NCBI GenBank assembly: GCA_963744685.1
Contig: CAVUUL010000006.1
Span: 301,749-365,748, forward strand
DNA from: an uncultured Solirubrobacteraceae bacterium
GTDB lineage: Bacteria > Actinomycetota > Thermoleophilia > Solirubrobacterales > Solirubrobacteraceae
Direction of reading: 5' to 3'
Length of the DNA: 64,000 bases
Part shown: piece after piece, positions 27,206 through 35,474 of the stretch
Layout: every line of letters begins with the position of its first letter
How positions within the stretch are numbered: the first letter of the stretch is position 1
Position numbers and translations under genes: made by a program
The notes under the pieces: generated by a model
The model's database searches: none
Seen by the model: the letters and a program-made list of their open reading frames with translations, nothing else
What the model was told of the DNA's origin: nothing

Positions 27206-28773
27206 GCGCGCAGGCGGCGGCGCCCCCTGACCGTGGCCTGGGCGACGTGGTGCGCGCGGAGTGGACGAAGTTCCGCACGGTGCGCGGGTGGCTGGTCGGA
27301 CTCGTGCTGGCGGTCGGGCTTCTGGTGCTGTTCAGCTACCTACAGGCGCACGGCAAGCACACCGGGTACTGCACGAGCCCGACGAGGTGCGTCGCCGGTC
27401 ATCCCTACATCCCGGACGGACCCGGCGGCGAAGCGGTCGCCGACGCCTACGAGCTGGCCTGGCGGCCGCTGACCGGCGACGGCACGATCACCGCTCGCAT
27501 CACCTCCTTCACCGGCCGGATCTGGGCGGGGCCGAGCGACGAGGCGCCGTCGATTCGCGACACGCGCCCCGGGCTGGCGAGCTGGTCCAAGGCGGGCCTC
27601 CTGATCACTCCGAGCGCCAGGCAGGGGGCCGCCTACGCGGCTGTCATGGCCACCGGTGGCCACGGCGTGCGCTTTCAGTACGACTACACCCACGACGCGC
27701 CTGGTCTGGCCGGGCCGGTTTCCACGGGCGCGCGCTGGCTGCGGCTGATCCGCTCCGGCGAGACCATCACCGCCTACGACTCGGGCGACGGTACGAGCTG
27801 GCACCGGATCGGCAGCGCCCGGCTGAACGGGCTGCCGCGGACAGTCCGGGTCGGGCTGTTCGCTACCTCGCCGACCACGTTCGCCGGTCAGGCGACCCGG
27901 GCCACGGCCGCGTTTGACCACATCGACCTGCGACCGTCCGGCGCGGGTACCGCCGCTGGGCCGTCGGCGTCCTGGCACGAGACCAGCACCGGTGTCGGTC
28001 CTGGCGACTTCTACCCCGCGCTCGGTCGCGGGAGCGAGCGCCGGCAGGATGGCTCGATCCTCGTCACCGGCTCCGGCGACATCGCGCCGGCGGTGGCCAA
28101 CGCCGGGCCGGACACCGCCTCGGACTCGTTGCTGTTCGGGCTGGTGGTGGCGATGATCGTGCTGACCGTCGTCGCCGCCATGTTCGCCACCAGCGAGTAC
28201 CGGCGCGGGTTGATCCTGATCACGCTCGCGGCCACGCCGCGGCGCGGCCGGGTCCTCGCGGCGAAGGCGGCCGTGATCGCCGCCGCCGGTTTCGCCGTGG
28301 GCGCGGTCGCATCGGCGATCGCGGTCCCGTTCGCGGAGCACGTGATGCGCGCCAACGGGAACTACATCTATCCGGCCGGCCCGTGGACGATCGCGCGGGT
28401 GATCGCCGGCTGCGGCCTGCTGGTCGCGCTCTGTGCGGTCGCGGTGCTCGGCTTCGGCACGATCCTGCGCCGAAGCCCGGTGGCGATCCTCGCCGGCGTC
28501 GTGGTGTTCGTCCTGCCGGCGTTCACCGGACCGGGCGTCCTGGGCGGTCCCGGAGGTGCCGGCGCTGCTGGGACCTGGCTGTACAGCGTGACCCCGGCAG
28601 CCGGATTCTCGGTGCTGGGCCTGCTGCCTCGGTCCGGGCTGGTCAGCTTCCCGTACACGATGGGCAACGGCTACTACCCGCTGCCGGCGTGGGCGGGGCT
28701 GCTCGTGCTCGGCGTGTACGCGGCGGCCGCGCTGGGCGCGGCTGCGGTCGTGCTCAACCGGAGAGACGCGTGA
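27202..28773 (+). CDS. ABC-2 permease with ~230-aa extracytoplasmic ConA-like/DUF1349-like beta-sandwich insert after TM1
   Basis: EWTKFRTVRGW N-terminus. The insert carries ...WSKAGLLITPS...VRFQYDY...RWLRLIRSGETITAYDSGDGTSWHRIG...VGLFATSP...AAFDHIDL. Five or six TM helices follow. Confidence 0.8.
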   Translation: MSAQAAAPPDRGLGDVVRAEWTKFRTVRGWLVGLVLAVGLLVLFSYLQAHGKHTGYCTSPTRCVAGHPYIPDGPGGEAVADAYELAWRPLTGDGTITARITSFTGRIWAGPSDEAPSIRDTRPGLASWSKAGLLITPSARQGAAYAAVMATGGHGVRFQYDYTHDAPGLAGPVSTGARWLRLIRSGETITAYDSGDGTSWHRIGSARLNGLPRTVRVGLFATSPTTFAGQATRATAAFDHIDLRPSGAGTAAGPSASWHETSTGVGPGDFYPALGRGSERRQDGSILVTGSGDIAPAVANAGPDTASDSLLFGLVVAMIVLTVVAAMFATSEYRRGLILITLAATPRRGRVLAAKAAVIAAAGFAVGAVASAIAVPFAEHVMRANGNYIYPAGPWTIARVIAGCGLLVALCAVAVLGFGTILRRSPVAILAGVVVFVLPAFTGPGVLGGPGGAGAAGTWLYSVTPAAGFSVLGLLPRSGLVSFPYTMGNGYYPLPAWAGLLVLGVYAAAALGAAAVVLNRRDA

Positions 28774-29549
28774 CTGCCGCGCTGGCCGCGGAGTGGACGA
28801 AGGCGCGCACCCTCGGCGAGACGTGGTGGCTGACCGCGGGAGTGGTCGTCGTCGCGATCGCCGCAAGCGCCGCGATGGCCGCCACCACGCACGTCTCCCC
28901 GGGCGCCGCCGGCGCCGGACCGGACCCGACCAAGCTCGCGCTCACCGGCATCGACCTCGCTCAGGCGGTCGTCGCCATCCTTGCGGTGGTGATGGTGACC
29001 GAGGAGTACGGGACGGGCATGATCCGGATCAGCCTCGCCGCGATTCCCCGCCGCGAGGTGATGCTCGGCGCCAAGGCGCTGACCGTGGCCGGGCTGGCGG
29101 TCGCCGCCGCGATCGCGTCCGTCGCCGGTTGCCTGCTCGTCGGCCGGCTGCTGCTGCCCGGTGCCGGTCTGGATCCGGCTCACGGCTACGCCCTCGTATC
29201 CGTCGGTCACGGGCCGACGCTGCGCGCGGGCCTGGGCGCGGTGCTCTACCTGGTCCTGATCGCGCTGCTCAGCCTCGGCATCGGCGCGATCATCCGCGAC
29301 ACCGCGGTCGCGACCGGAGCCGTGCTCGGGTTGCTGTACCTGCCTCCTCTGCTCGCGCTGCTCGTGTCCGACCCCTGGCGGCGGCACATCGAGCAGGTCG
29401 CCCCGATGACGGCGGGGCTTGCGATCGAGGCGACCCGGGGGGTGCAGTCGCTGCCGGAGTCGCCGTGGGTTGGAATGGGGGTGCTGGCCGGGTGGGCGCT
29501 GGGAGGGGTGGTTGTCGGAGGGGTGGTGCTGCGGGTTCGGGATGGGTGA
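28770..29549 (+). CDS. ABC-2 permease (second subunit)
   Basis: The GTG at 28770 overlaps the upstream stop (GTGA). EWTKARTLGETWW N-terminus and EEYGTGMIR motif. Confidence 0.8.
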   Translation: MTAALAAEWTKARTLGETWWLTAGVVVVAIAASAAMAATTHVSPGAAGAGPDPTKLALTGIDLAQAVVAILAVVMVTEEYGTGMIRISLAAIPRREVMLGAKALTVAGLAVAAAIASVAGCLLVGRLLLPGAGLDPAHGYALVSVGHGPTLRAGLGAVLYLVLIALLSLGIGAIIRDTAVATGAVLGLLYLPPLLALLVSDPWRRHIEQVAPMTAGLAIEATRGVQSLPESPWVGMGVLAGWALGGVVVGGVVLRVRDG

Positions 29550-29567
29550 GGAGGGTGGGGTGATGCG

Positions 29568-29975
29568 GACGGTTCGCGATGTGGCATGCCGTGACGCCGG
29601 CCGTCAAGCAGCGCCCGCACTCCCATGGCCTCCGTGCGAGGTTTCGGGCGCTGCTTGACTGCCGTCGCCCCGTCATGCCATCGGCAGTGAGGTCGAGCCC
29701 ACTTCGTGTGCACGACCTCGCGCCAACTGCGACTGTCCGGACGGCACTGATCACCCACCCGCGACGGGCTGCGCGCCAGGTTGGGGGATCTTCTCCGTGA
29801 GGCGGATCGGATCACCCACACGGCCTCGGACCGTGCGGTGAGTGGGCGAAACGTTCCCCCGGAGACGCCAGCTGGGCATCAAACGCAAGCAGGGCTGTCG
29901 TTTGATGCCCAGGTCCCTCGTTCGGACGGCTCACATCAGCCCAAGTGCGGGACGCTGCTTGACGGCGGACGCCAG
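29568..29975 (+). repeat. Structured repeat element, copy A (terminal inverted repeats 29601-29620 and 29945-29965)
   Basis: It is the reverse complement of 46293-46800. It contains three TCAAGCAGCG cores and several long hairpins. No credible CDS. Confidence 0.85.
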
Positions 29976-30004
29976 TGAGACCACCCGCGTCTCGCATTGG
30001 ACGC

Positions 30005-30307
30005 TCAGGACTGCTGCTTGACCCAGTCGAGGATCGCGCGGGAATGGTGCAACACGGTCCCGTCGGGCAGGCGCATCGCGGGCAGCTTCGTGTCGCCGGT
30101 CACCTCGCGCACCGACTCACGCGAGCCCTTACGCAGAAACGGGATCGGGCTGCCGTGGGCGGCGACCTGCTTGTCGTAATCGATGCCCGCCGCGCGAAGC
30201 GCCTCCTGGACCCGGCGGCAGGGGTGCATCGCGATGCCGCCATCGTCGCCGTGGCACACCAGCAGGAGCGGCTTCTCCCCGGTGGACGGCTCGTCTTGCA
30301 CTGACAT
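30005..30307 (-). CDS. Glutaredoxin-like / GST N-terminal (thioredoxin-fold) protein
   Basis: ...LLLVCHGDDGGIAMHPCRRVQEALRAAGIDYD...TGDTKLPAMRLPDGTVLHHSRAILDWV. I chose the ATG at 30307. Confidence 0.65.
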   Translation of the reverse strand: MSVQDEPSTGEKPLLLVCHGDDGGIAMHPCRRVQEALRAAGIDYDKQVAAHGSPIPFLRKGSRESVREVTGDTKLPAMRLPDGTVLHHSRAILDWVKQQS

Positions 30308-30351
30308 CGCCTCTCCTCTCGATCGGCGCACGGCGCCATTACGATGCAGAT

Positions 30352-30618
30352 GTGAGCACCGCAACCGTACCGGGTGGCGTCGTGCATGAGTTGCCCGCAG
30401 ATCTGCACGACGCCCTCCTGCGCAACCCCACCGCGCTGGACCGTTGGAAGGACATCACGCCGCTCGCGCGCAACGAGTTCATCTGCTGGGTCGAGGACGC
30501 CAAGCAGGCGACGACCCGGGAACGGCGGATCCGTCGCACTCAGGAGGAGCTGGAGGACGGCATGCGCCGTCCCTGCTGCTGGCCCGGGTGCCAGCACCGC
30601 GAGCGCAACGGCCATTGA
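30352..30618 (+). CDS. YdeI/OmpD-associated family protein (short form)
   Basis: ...WKDITPLARNEFICWVEDAKQATTRERRIRRT...RRPCCWPGCQHR. GTG start. Confidence 0.65.
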   Translation: MSTATVPGGVVHELPADLHDALLRNPTALDRWKDITPLARNEFICWVEDAKQATTRERRIRRTQEELEDGMRRPCCWPGCQHRERNGH

Positions 30619-30637
30619 CCCAGGCCGCCGGCGGCCC

Positions 30638-30886
30638 CTACTGCCAGTAGCCCTCGACGGTCTCGCCGGAGCGTTCTTCGGCGTCGTCCGGATCCATCCC
30701 CGCGTCGCGGAGGGCGCGGCGCTGGCGCTGGAGATCCCATAGCCGGTCGAGCTCGACGCGGATCTCCTCCAGCCGCTTCGCGTCGCCGGAGACCGACCCG
30801 TGCGTGGTGCTCTCGTCGCGGCGCAGGAGCTCGCGCTCCTCCTCGAGTTGCTCGATCTTGCGGCTGATCTGCTCGTCGCTCGGCAC
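30638..30886 (-). CDS. DUF2630-like small coiled-coil protein
   Basis: The GTG at 30886 is preceded by AAGGAGG with a 7-nt spacer. Sequence ...DEQISRKIEQLEEERELLRRDES...LDRLWDLQRQRRA. Confidence 0.6.
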   Translation of the reverse strand: MPSDEQISRKIEQLEEERELLRRDESTTHGSVSGDAKRLEEIRVELDRLWDLQRQRRALRDAGMDPDDAEERSGETVEGYWQ

Positions 30887-30974
30887 GGCGTGACCTCCTT
30901 CGATCCTCGGACGTGTCCGAACTCTACGGACCTGGCTGCCGGTGCGAAAGGTCGTCGTAGCATCGGCCGGCGAG

Positions 30975-32213
30975 ATGATCGAGCGGCTGTTCCCGGCGCG
31001 CCTCGGCTCTGGGTTCCGATGGCTGGTCGGCTCCTCGTGGGCGGCCGATCTGGGGGACGGCTTCGCGGTCGCCGCCGGCCCGCTGCTGGTGGCATCGCAG
31101 ACCCACAACGCCAGCCTGGTGGCGTTGGCCCTGCTGCTGCAGCGCCTTCCCTGGCTGCTGTTCGCGCTCCTCGCCGGGGCGGTTGCCGACCGCGTCGGCC
31201 GAGACAGGCTGACCGCGGGCGTCGAGCTGCTCAGAGTCGTCGTGCTGGGGGTGCTGGTGCTCGCGATCCTCACGCACAGCGTGAGCATCGCGGTCGTGCT
31301 GGCGGCGCTGTTCCTGATCGGGACCGCCGAGGTGTTCAGCCAGACCGCGTCCGGCGCACTGCTCCCGTCACTCGTCGACCGCGACGATCTGATCCTCGGC
31401 AACTCGCGGATCCTCACCGGCCGGGTGACGCTGAACCAGCTGGCCGGCCCTGCTCTCGGCGCGTTGTTGTTCGCCGGCGGCATGGCATGGCCGTTCCTCG
31501 GGCAGGCCGTGCTGGTCGCCGCGGGCGCCGCGATGATCCTGCGGATCTCGCTGCCGGCCCGCGCGCCGGCGGAGGCGCCCGCGCATCTGTGGGGCGAGGT
31601 CGTCGAGGGCTGCCGGTGGACATGGCAGCACGCGGGCGTGCGCACGCTCGTGCTCACGATCTTCATCTTCAACATCACCTTCGGGGCGGCGTGGTCGGTG
31701 CTCGTCCTCTACGCCGAGGAGCGGCTGCACCTCGGCGCCGTCGGATTCGGGCTGCTCACCACCGCGATGGCGGTCGGCGGGGTCGTCGGCAACCTGGGTT
31801 ACGGATGGCTGATCCGGCGGGTGAGCCTCGGCAACATCATGCGCGTCGGCCTGATCATCGAGACGCTCACGCACCTGTCGCTCGCACTGACGACCGTCCC
31901 GGTGATCGCGATGGGGATCATGGTCGTGTTCGGCGCGCATGCGTTCATCTGGGGCTCGACGTCGGTCACCGTCCGGCAGCAGGCCGTGCCCGAGGCGCTG
32001 CAGGGCCGGGTCTCCAGCGTCAACGGACTCGGTGTGTATGGCGGTCTGGTGTTCGGCGCCGCGCTCGGCGGGCCGATCGCGAGCCAGTTCGGGGTGACCG
32101 GGCCGTTCTGGTTCGCGTTCGGCGGCTCGGGCGTCTTCCTTGTGCTGATGTGGCGCCAGCTCAGCCACGTCGCCCACGAGGAGACGCAGCCGGTCACCGC
32201 GCCGACGGTGTGA
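30975..32213 (+). CDS. MFS transporter
   Basis: 12-TM pattern with ...LADRVGRDRL... loop motifs. An alternative start lies at 30942. Confidence 0.8.
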   Translation: MIERLFPARLGSGFRWLVGSSWAADLGDGFAVAAGPLLVASQTHNASLVALALLLQRLPWLLFALLAGAVADRVGRDRLTAGVELLRVVVLGVLVLAILTHSVSIAVVLAALFLIGTAEVFSQTASGALLPSLVDRDDLILGNSRILTGRVTLNQLAGPALGALLFAGGMAWPFLGQAVLVAAGAAMILRISLPARAPAEAPAHLWGEVVEGCRWTWQHAGVRTLVLTIFIFNITFGAAWSVLVLYAEERLHLGAVGFGLLTTAMAVGGVVGNLGYGWLIRRVSLGNIMRVGLIIETLTHLSLALTTVPVIAMGIMVVFGAHAFIWGSTSVTVRQQAVPEALQGRVSSVNGLGVYGGLVFGAALGGPIASQFGVTGPFWFAFGGSGVFLVLMWRQLSHVAHEETQPVTAPTV

Positions 32214-32292
32214 CCCTCCTCGTGGGTGGTGGCGTGGACGTGCAGGCGCACGCGTACCCGCCCAATCATCGGACGCTCGGGGCGCGCGTCCT

Positions 32293-33231
32293 CTACAGCT
32301 CGGCCCGGGCGCCCTCGGCGCGGGCCGCACCGGCCATCGCCACCGCGGTGGCGATGGCCATCAGCACGGCCGCGGCCAGCAGCCTTGGCACGACGGGCGA
32401 AGGATGGGCGACCGTCGAGCCACCGGTGAGCGCCCCGGGCGCGTCGGCACCGACGACGGCCCACCAGACGAGCGCCGCCGCGGTCATCGCCGTCATCGCA
32501 ACCGCGACCGCGGGCGCGATCCACGCCTGAGCTCGCAGCACCCGCCGGTCAGAGCGGATGTCGGAGGCGATCCTCGTGGCCACCGACGTCCATGCGAACA
32601 GGCAGGCCGCGACGAGCGCGCCCCAGCCGACGAATGCCGCGGCGTAGATGTGATCGTGACCGTTGCGATCGGCGGAGCTGAGGCCGTGACCCCAGGCGGA
32701 GACGGCGACCGTCGCCGCGATCACGACGACGGTGAGTATCACCGCGGTCACGGTCCGCCCGCGGATCCGCCCCCAGCCGCCCTCGCGCAGCAGCCGCCAG
32801 ACGGCGGGGAGCGACAGCCCGATCCCGCCGGCGATCAGTGCCGCCGCCGCAAACGCCACCACCTGGAGCACGGAGAACGCCACGTGCGCCGCGGATGCTC
32901 CCGGCAGCGCCTGCTGCCAATGCTCGCTCGTCTTGGCGAGGATCGCTCCTGCGATGACGAACAGCGCCCACGCCCAAAGCACCAGCGACGTGCCCCCGCG
33001 GACGCGCCGGCTCGGATCTCCGGTGCCACGCAGCCGCTGTCGCACCGCCGAGCGCAGCAGGTCGCCGCGCATGCGCGGACCGGTGTCCCGGCCATCGGCG
33101 TGCATGTCGAGGATCAGGGCGTCGAGCTCGTCGCCGTAGCGACGGCGCCACGTGGCCGGATACAGCGCAAGCAGCGTGGTCGGCCCCGGGGTGAACCGCC
33201 GGCGTGCCGGCTTGTCGTACCGAGCACTCAC
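32293..33231 (-). CDS. Membrane protein co-transcribed with PadR
   Basis: Cytoplasmic N-terminus (YPATWRRRYGDELDAL), then about 6 TM helices. Its start overlaps the PadR stop by 4 nt. Confidence 0.6.
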   Translation of the reverse strand: MSARYDKPARRRFTPGPTTLLALYPATWRRRYGDELDALILDMHADGRDTGPRMRGDLLRSAVRQRLRGTGDPSRRVRGGTSLVLWAWALFVIAGAILAKTSEHWQQALPGASAAHVAFSVLQVVAFAAAALIAGGIGLSLPAVWRLLREGGWGRIRGRTVTAVILTVVVIAATVAVSAWGHGLSSADRNGHDHIYAAAFVGWGALVAACLFAWTSVATRIASDIRSDRRVLRAQAWIAPAVAVAMTAMTAAALVWWAVVGADAPGALTGGSTVAHPSPVVPRLLAAAVLMAIATAVAMAGAARAEGARAEL

Positions 33232-33554
33232 GCGAGCGCTCCGGCGGACGTCATCCGCGCGGCCAGCCTGCGGCTGCCCTCATCGGCGATCGCCCGAAGC
33301 TCGGCGAGCGCGTCGCTCAGCTCCTGCGCGCCGGCCGCGGTCAGGCGGTAGGGCCGTCGGCGGCCCGACTCCTCGACGGGCTCGATCATCCGGCGCTCCT
33401 CCAACCGGGTGATCGCGCCATAGAGCGTCCCGGGCCCGAGTGTCACGCCGGCGAACCGCTCGATGTCCTGCAGAAGTGCGTATCCGTGCTTGTCGCCCGA
33501 GGCGAGGCTCGTGAGGATCAAGAGCGTCGGATCGTTGGGTCTCGTAGATGCCAT
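33228..33554 (-). CDS. PadR-family transcriptional regulator
   Basis: LLILTSLASGDKHGYALLQDIERFAGVTLGPGTLYGAITRLEE is the canonical PadR winged helix. Confidence 0.9.
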   Translation of the reverse strand: MASTRPNDPTLLILTSLASGDKHGYALLQDIERFAGVTLGPGTLYGAITRLEERRMIEPVEESGRRRPYRLTAAGAQELSDALAELRAIADEGSRRLAARMTSAGALA

Positions 33555-33561
33555 GGCTTCA

Positions 33562-33601
33562 TGCTACTACGTACAACGTAATAACGCAACGCGTAGTAGC
33601 A
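33562..33601. promoter_or_regulatory. Candidate PadR operator: perfect 10-bp inverted repeat TGCTACTACG-N20-CGTAGTAGCA
   Basis: Lies in the AT-richer divergent intergenic region, 8 nt upstream of the padR start and ~105 nt upstream of the ABC ATPase start. Confidence 0.45.
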
Positions 33602-33705
33602 GTTTGGGTGTCATGTGTGTCACCGATTGTCGCGGGGTGAGAACGCACTGAGAGCTGCGGCCCGTATGAGAAGCCGCCTTATCCGCGGGGTCTACCGTCC
33701 GGTTG

Positions 33706-34647
33706 GTGATCGAGGTCCGCAACCTCACCAAGCGCTACGGGGACCAGCTCGCGGTCCAGGATCTGACGTTCACGGTCGAGCCGGGAGTCGTCACCGGTTT
33801 CCTCGGCCCCAACGGATCGGGGAAGTCGACCACGATGCGGCTCGTGCTCGGCCTTGACGCGCCGACGAGCGGCACGGCGCTGGTCGGCGGTCGCCGCTAC
33901 GCCGAGATCCCCGACCCGTTGCGTGAGATCGGAGCGATGCTGGAGGCGCGCGCCATCCACGGCGGCCGCTCTGCGCGCAACCACCTCCGCGCGCTCGCGG
34001 CCACCCATGCGATCCCGGATCGCCGGGTCGAGGAGGTGATCGAGCTCGTCGGTCTCTCCCAGGTCGCCAACAAGCGGGTCGGCTCGTTCTCGCTGGGGAT
34101 GGGCCAGCGGCTCGGCATCGCCTCCTCGCTGCTCGGTGACCCGCGGACCGTGGTGCTCGACGAGCCGGTCAACGGCCTGGATCCGGAGGGCATCCGCTGG
34201 GTCCGGGATCTGCTGCGCCGGCTCGCCGGCGAGGGCAAGACGGTCTTCCTCTCCTCGCACATGATGAGCGAGATGGCGCTGATCGCCGAACGGCTCGTGG
34301 TCATCGGTCGCGGGCAGCTGATCGCCAACACGAGCGTCGAGACGTTCGTCGCCCGCGCCTCGGAGGCCGCGCCGGTGCTCGTGAAGTCGCCGCGGATCGC
34401 GGAGCTGCACGAGGCGCTGGAGCAGATGGAGTACCGCGCGGAGCCGGAGGGTGAAGATGGCCTGCTCGTCCACGGCGCAGCCGCCGCGGCCATCGGGGAG
34501 CTGGCGGCCAGCCGGTCGATCCCACTGCACGCCCTCACCCCGCAGCAGGTCTCGCTGGAGGACGCGTTCATGCAGCTCACCCGATCGTCGGTCGAGTTTC
34601 ACGCGGGTGTCCCGGTGGCGCCCCCCGCGGAGAAGGCGGCGGCGTGA
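33706..34647 (+). CDS. ABC transporter ATP-binding protein (ABC-2 type, with C-terminal extension)
   Basis: Walker A GPNGSGKST, signature FSLGMGQR and Walker B VVLDEP. Paralog of 26456-27205. Confidence 0.9.
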   Translation: MIEVRNLTKRYGDQLAVQDLTFTVEPGVVTGFLGPNGSGKSTTMRLVLGLDAPTSGTALVGGRRYAEIPDPLREIGAMLEARAIHGGRSARNHLRALAATHAIPDRRVEEVIELVGLSQVANKRVGSFSLGMGQRLGIASSLLGDPRTVVLDEPVNGLDPEGIRWVRDLLRRLAGEGKTVFLSSHMMSEMALIAERLVVIGRGQLIANTSVETFVARASEAAPVLVKSPRIAELHEALEQMEYRAEPEGEDGLLVHGAAAAAIGELAASRSIPLHALTPQQVSLEDAFMQLTRSSVEFHAGVPVAPPAEKAAA

Positions 34648-35474
34648 GCGCGGTCAGCCTCGCTGCGGGCGCCGTCGATGTTCGCCCGGGCCGCATCGTC
34701 ACCCAGCGCCAGGTCCTGCGCTCGGAGTGGATCAAGCTCTGGTCGCTGCGTTCGACCCGCTGGTCGCTGGCGCTCGGGGTTCTCGGTCTGCTGCTCGGCA
34801 TCGTCGTCTCGGCGTTCGTGATGGCGCGCTGGTCGTCGTTCACTTTGCCGCAGCGCCGGCAGTTCTCACCGGTCGACACCGCCCTCGTCGGCTGGCACCT
34901 GGCTGAGCTCGCGATCGGCGTGCTCGGCGTGCTCGTGATCTGCGGTGAGTACTCCACGGGCATGATCCGATCGACGTTCATGGCCGTGCCGGCGCGGCTC
35001 CCCGTCCTCTGGGCGAAGATCGCGGTGTTCGCCGCGGTGACGTTCGCGTTCGCGCTGCCGATGACGTTCGTCGGGTTCTTCGGCGCCGCCGCCGTGCTCA
35101 CCCAGCACCACGTAGCGCCGACGCTCTCCTCGCCGGGCGCCCTGCGATGCCTGCTGGCGATCCCGATCTACCTCGCAGTGCTCGCCGTGTTCACCGTCTC
35201 GCTCGGGGCGCTGCTGCGCAACACGGCCGGCGGCATCGCCGCGTTCGCGGGGATCATCTTCGTGGTCCCGGGGATCGTCAGCGTCCTCTCGACCAGCCTG
35301 CGCAACGCGATCAACCCGTACCTGCCCTCCAACGCGGCCTCCGCGTTCTTCACCGCCCGGCCCGACCCCGCCGACCACCTGCTGCGCCCCTGGGCCGGCT
35401 TCGGTGTCTTCTGCGCCTACACGGCGGCGCTGTTGCTAGCGGCGGCGGTGCAACTCGTCCGGCGAGATGTGTGA
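34644..35474 (+). CDS. ABC-2 permease
   Basis: SEWIKLWSLRSTRW N-terminus and GEYSTGMIR motif. GTGA overlap with the ATPase gene. Confidence 0.85.
   Translation: MSAVSLAAGAVDVRPGRIVTQRQVLRSEWIKLWSLRSTRWSLALGVLGLLLGIVVSAFVMARWSSFTLPQRRQFSPVDTALVGWHLAELAIGVLGVLVICGEYSTGMIRSTFMAVPARLPVLWAKIAVFAAVTFAFALPMTFVGFFGAAAVLTQHHVAPTLSSPGALRCLLAIPIYLAVLAVFTVSLGALLRNTAGGIAAFAGIIFVVPGIVSVLSTSLRNAINPYLPSNAASAFFTARPDPADHLLRPWAGFGVFCAYTAALLLAAAVQLVRRDV

Noticed and set aside
29579-29800. A conserved 73-aa Arg-rich ORF inside the repeat element (MWHAVTPAVKQRPHSHGLRARF...). It is also present in copy B as part of 46384-46962, along with the opposite-strand ORFs 29246-29821 and 46318-46992.
   Set aside because: Conservation is explained by nucleotide identity of the repeat, and both strands give 'conserved' ORFs. 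The composition is not protein-like, there is no Shine-Dalgarno, and substitutions between copies are a mix of synonymous and non-synonymous. I treat the element as non-coding.
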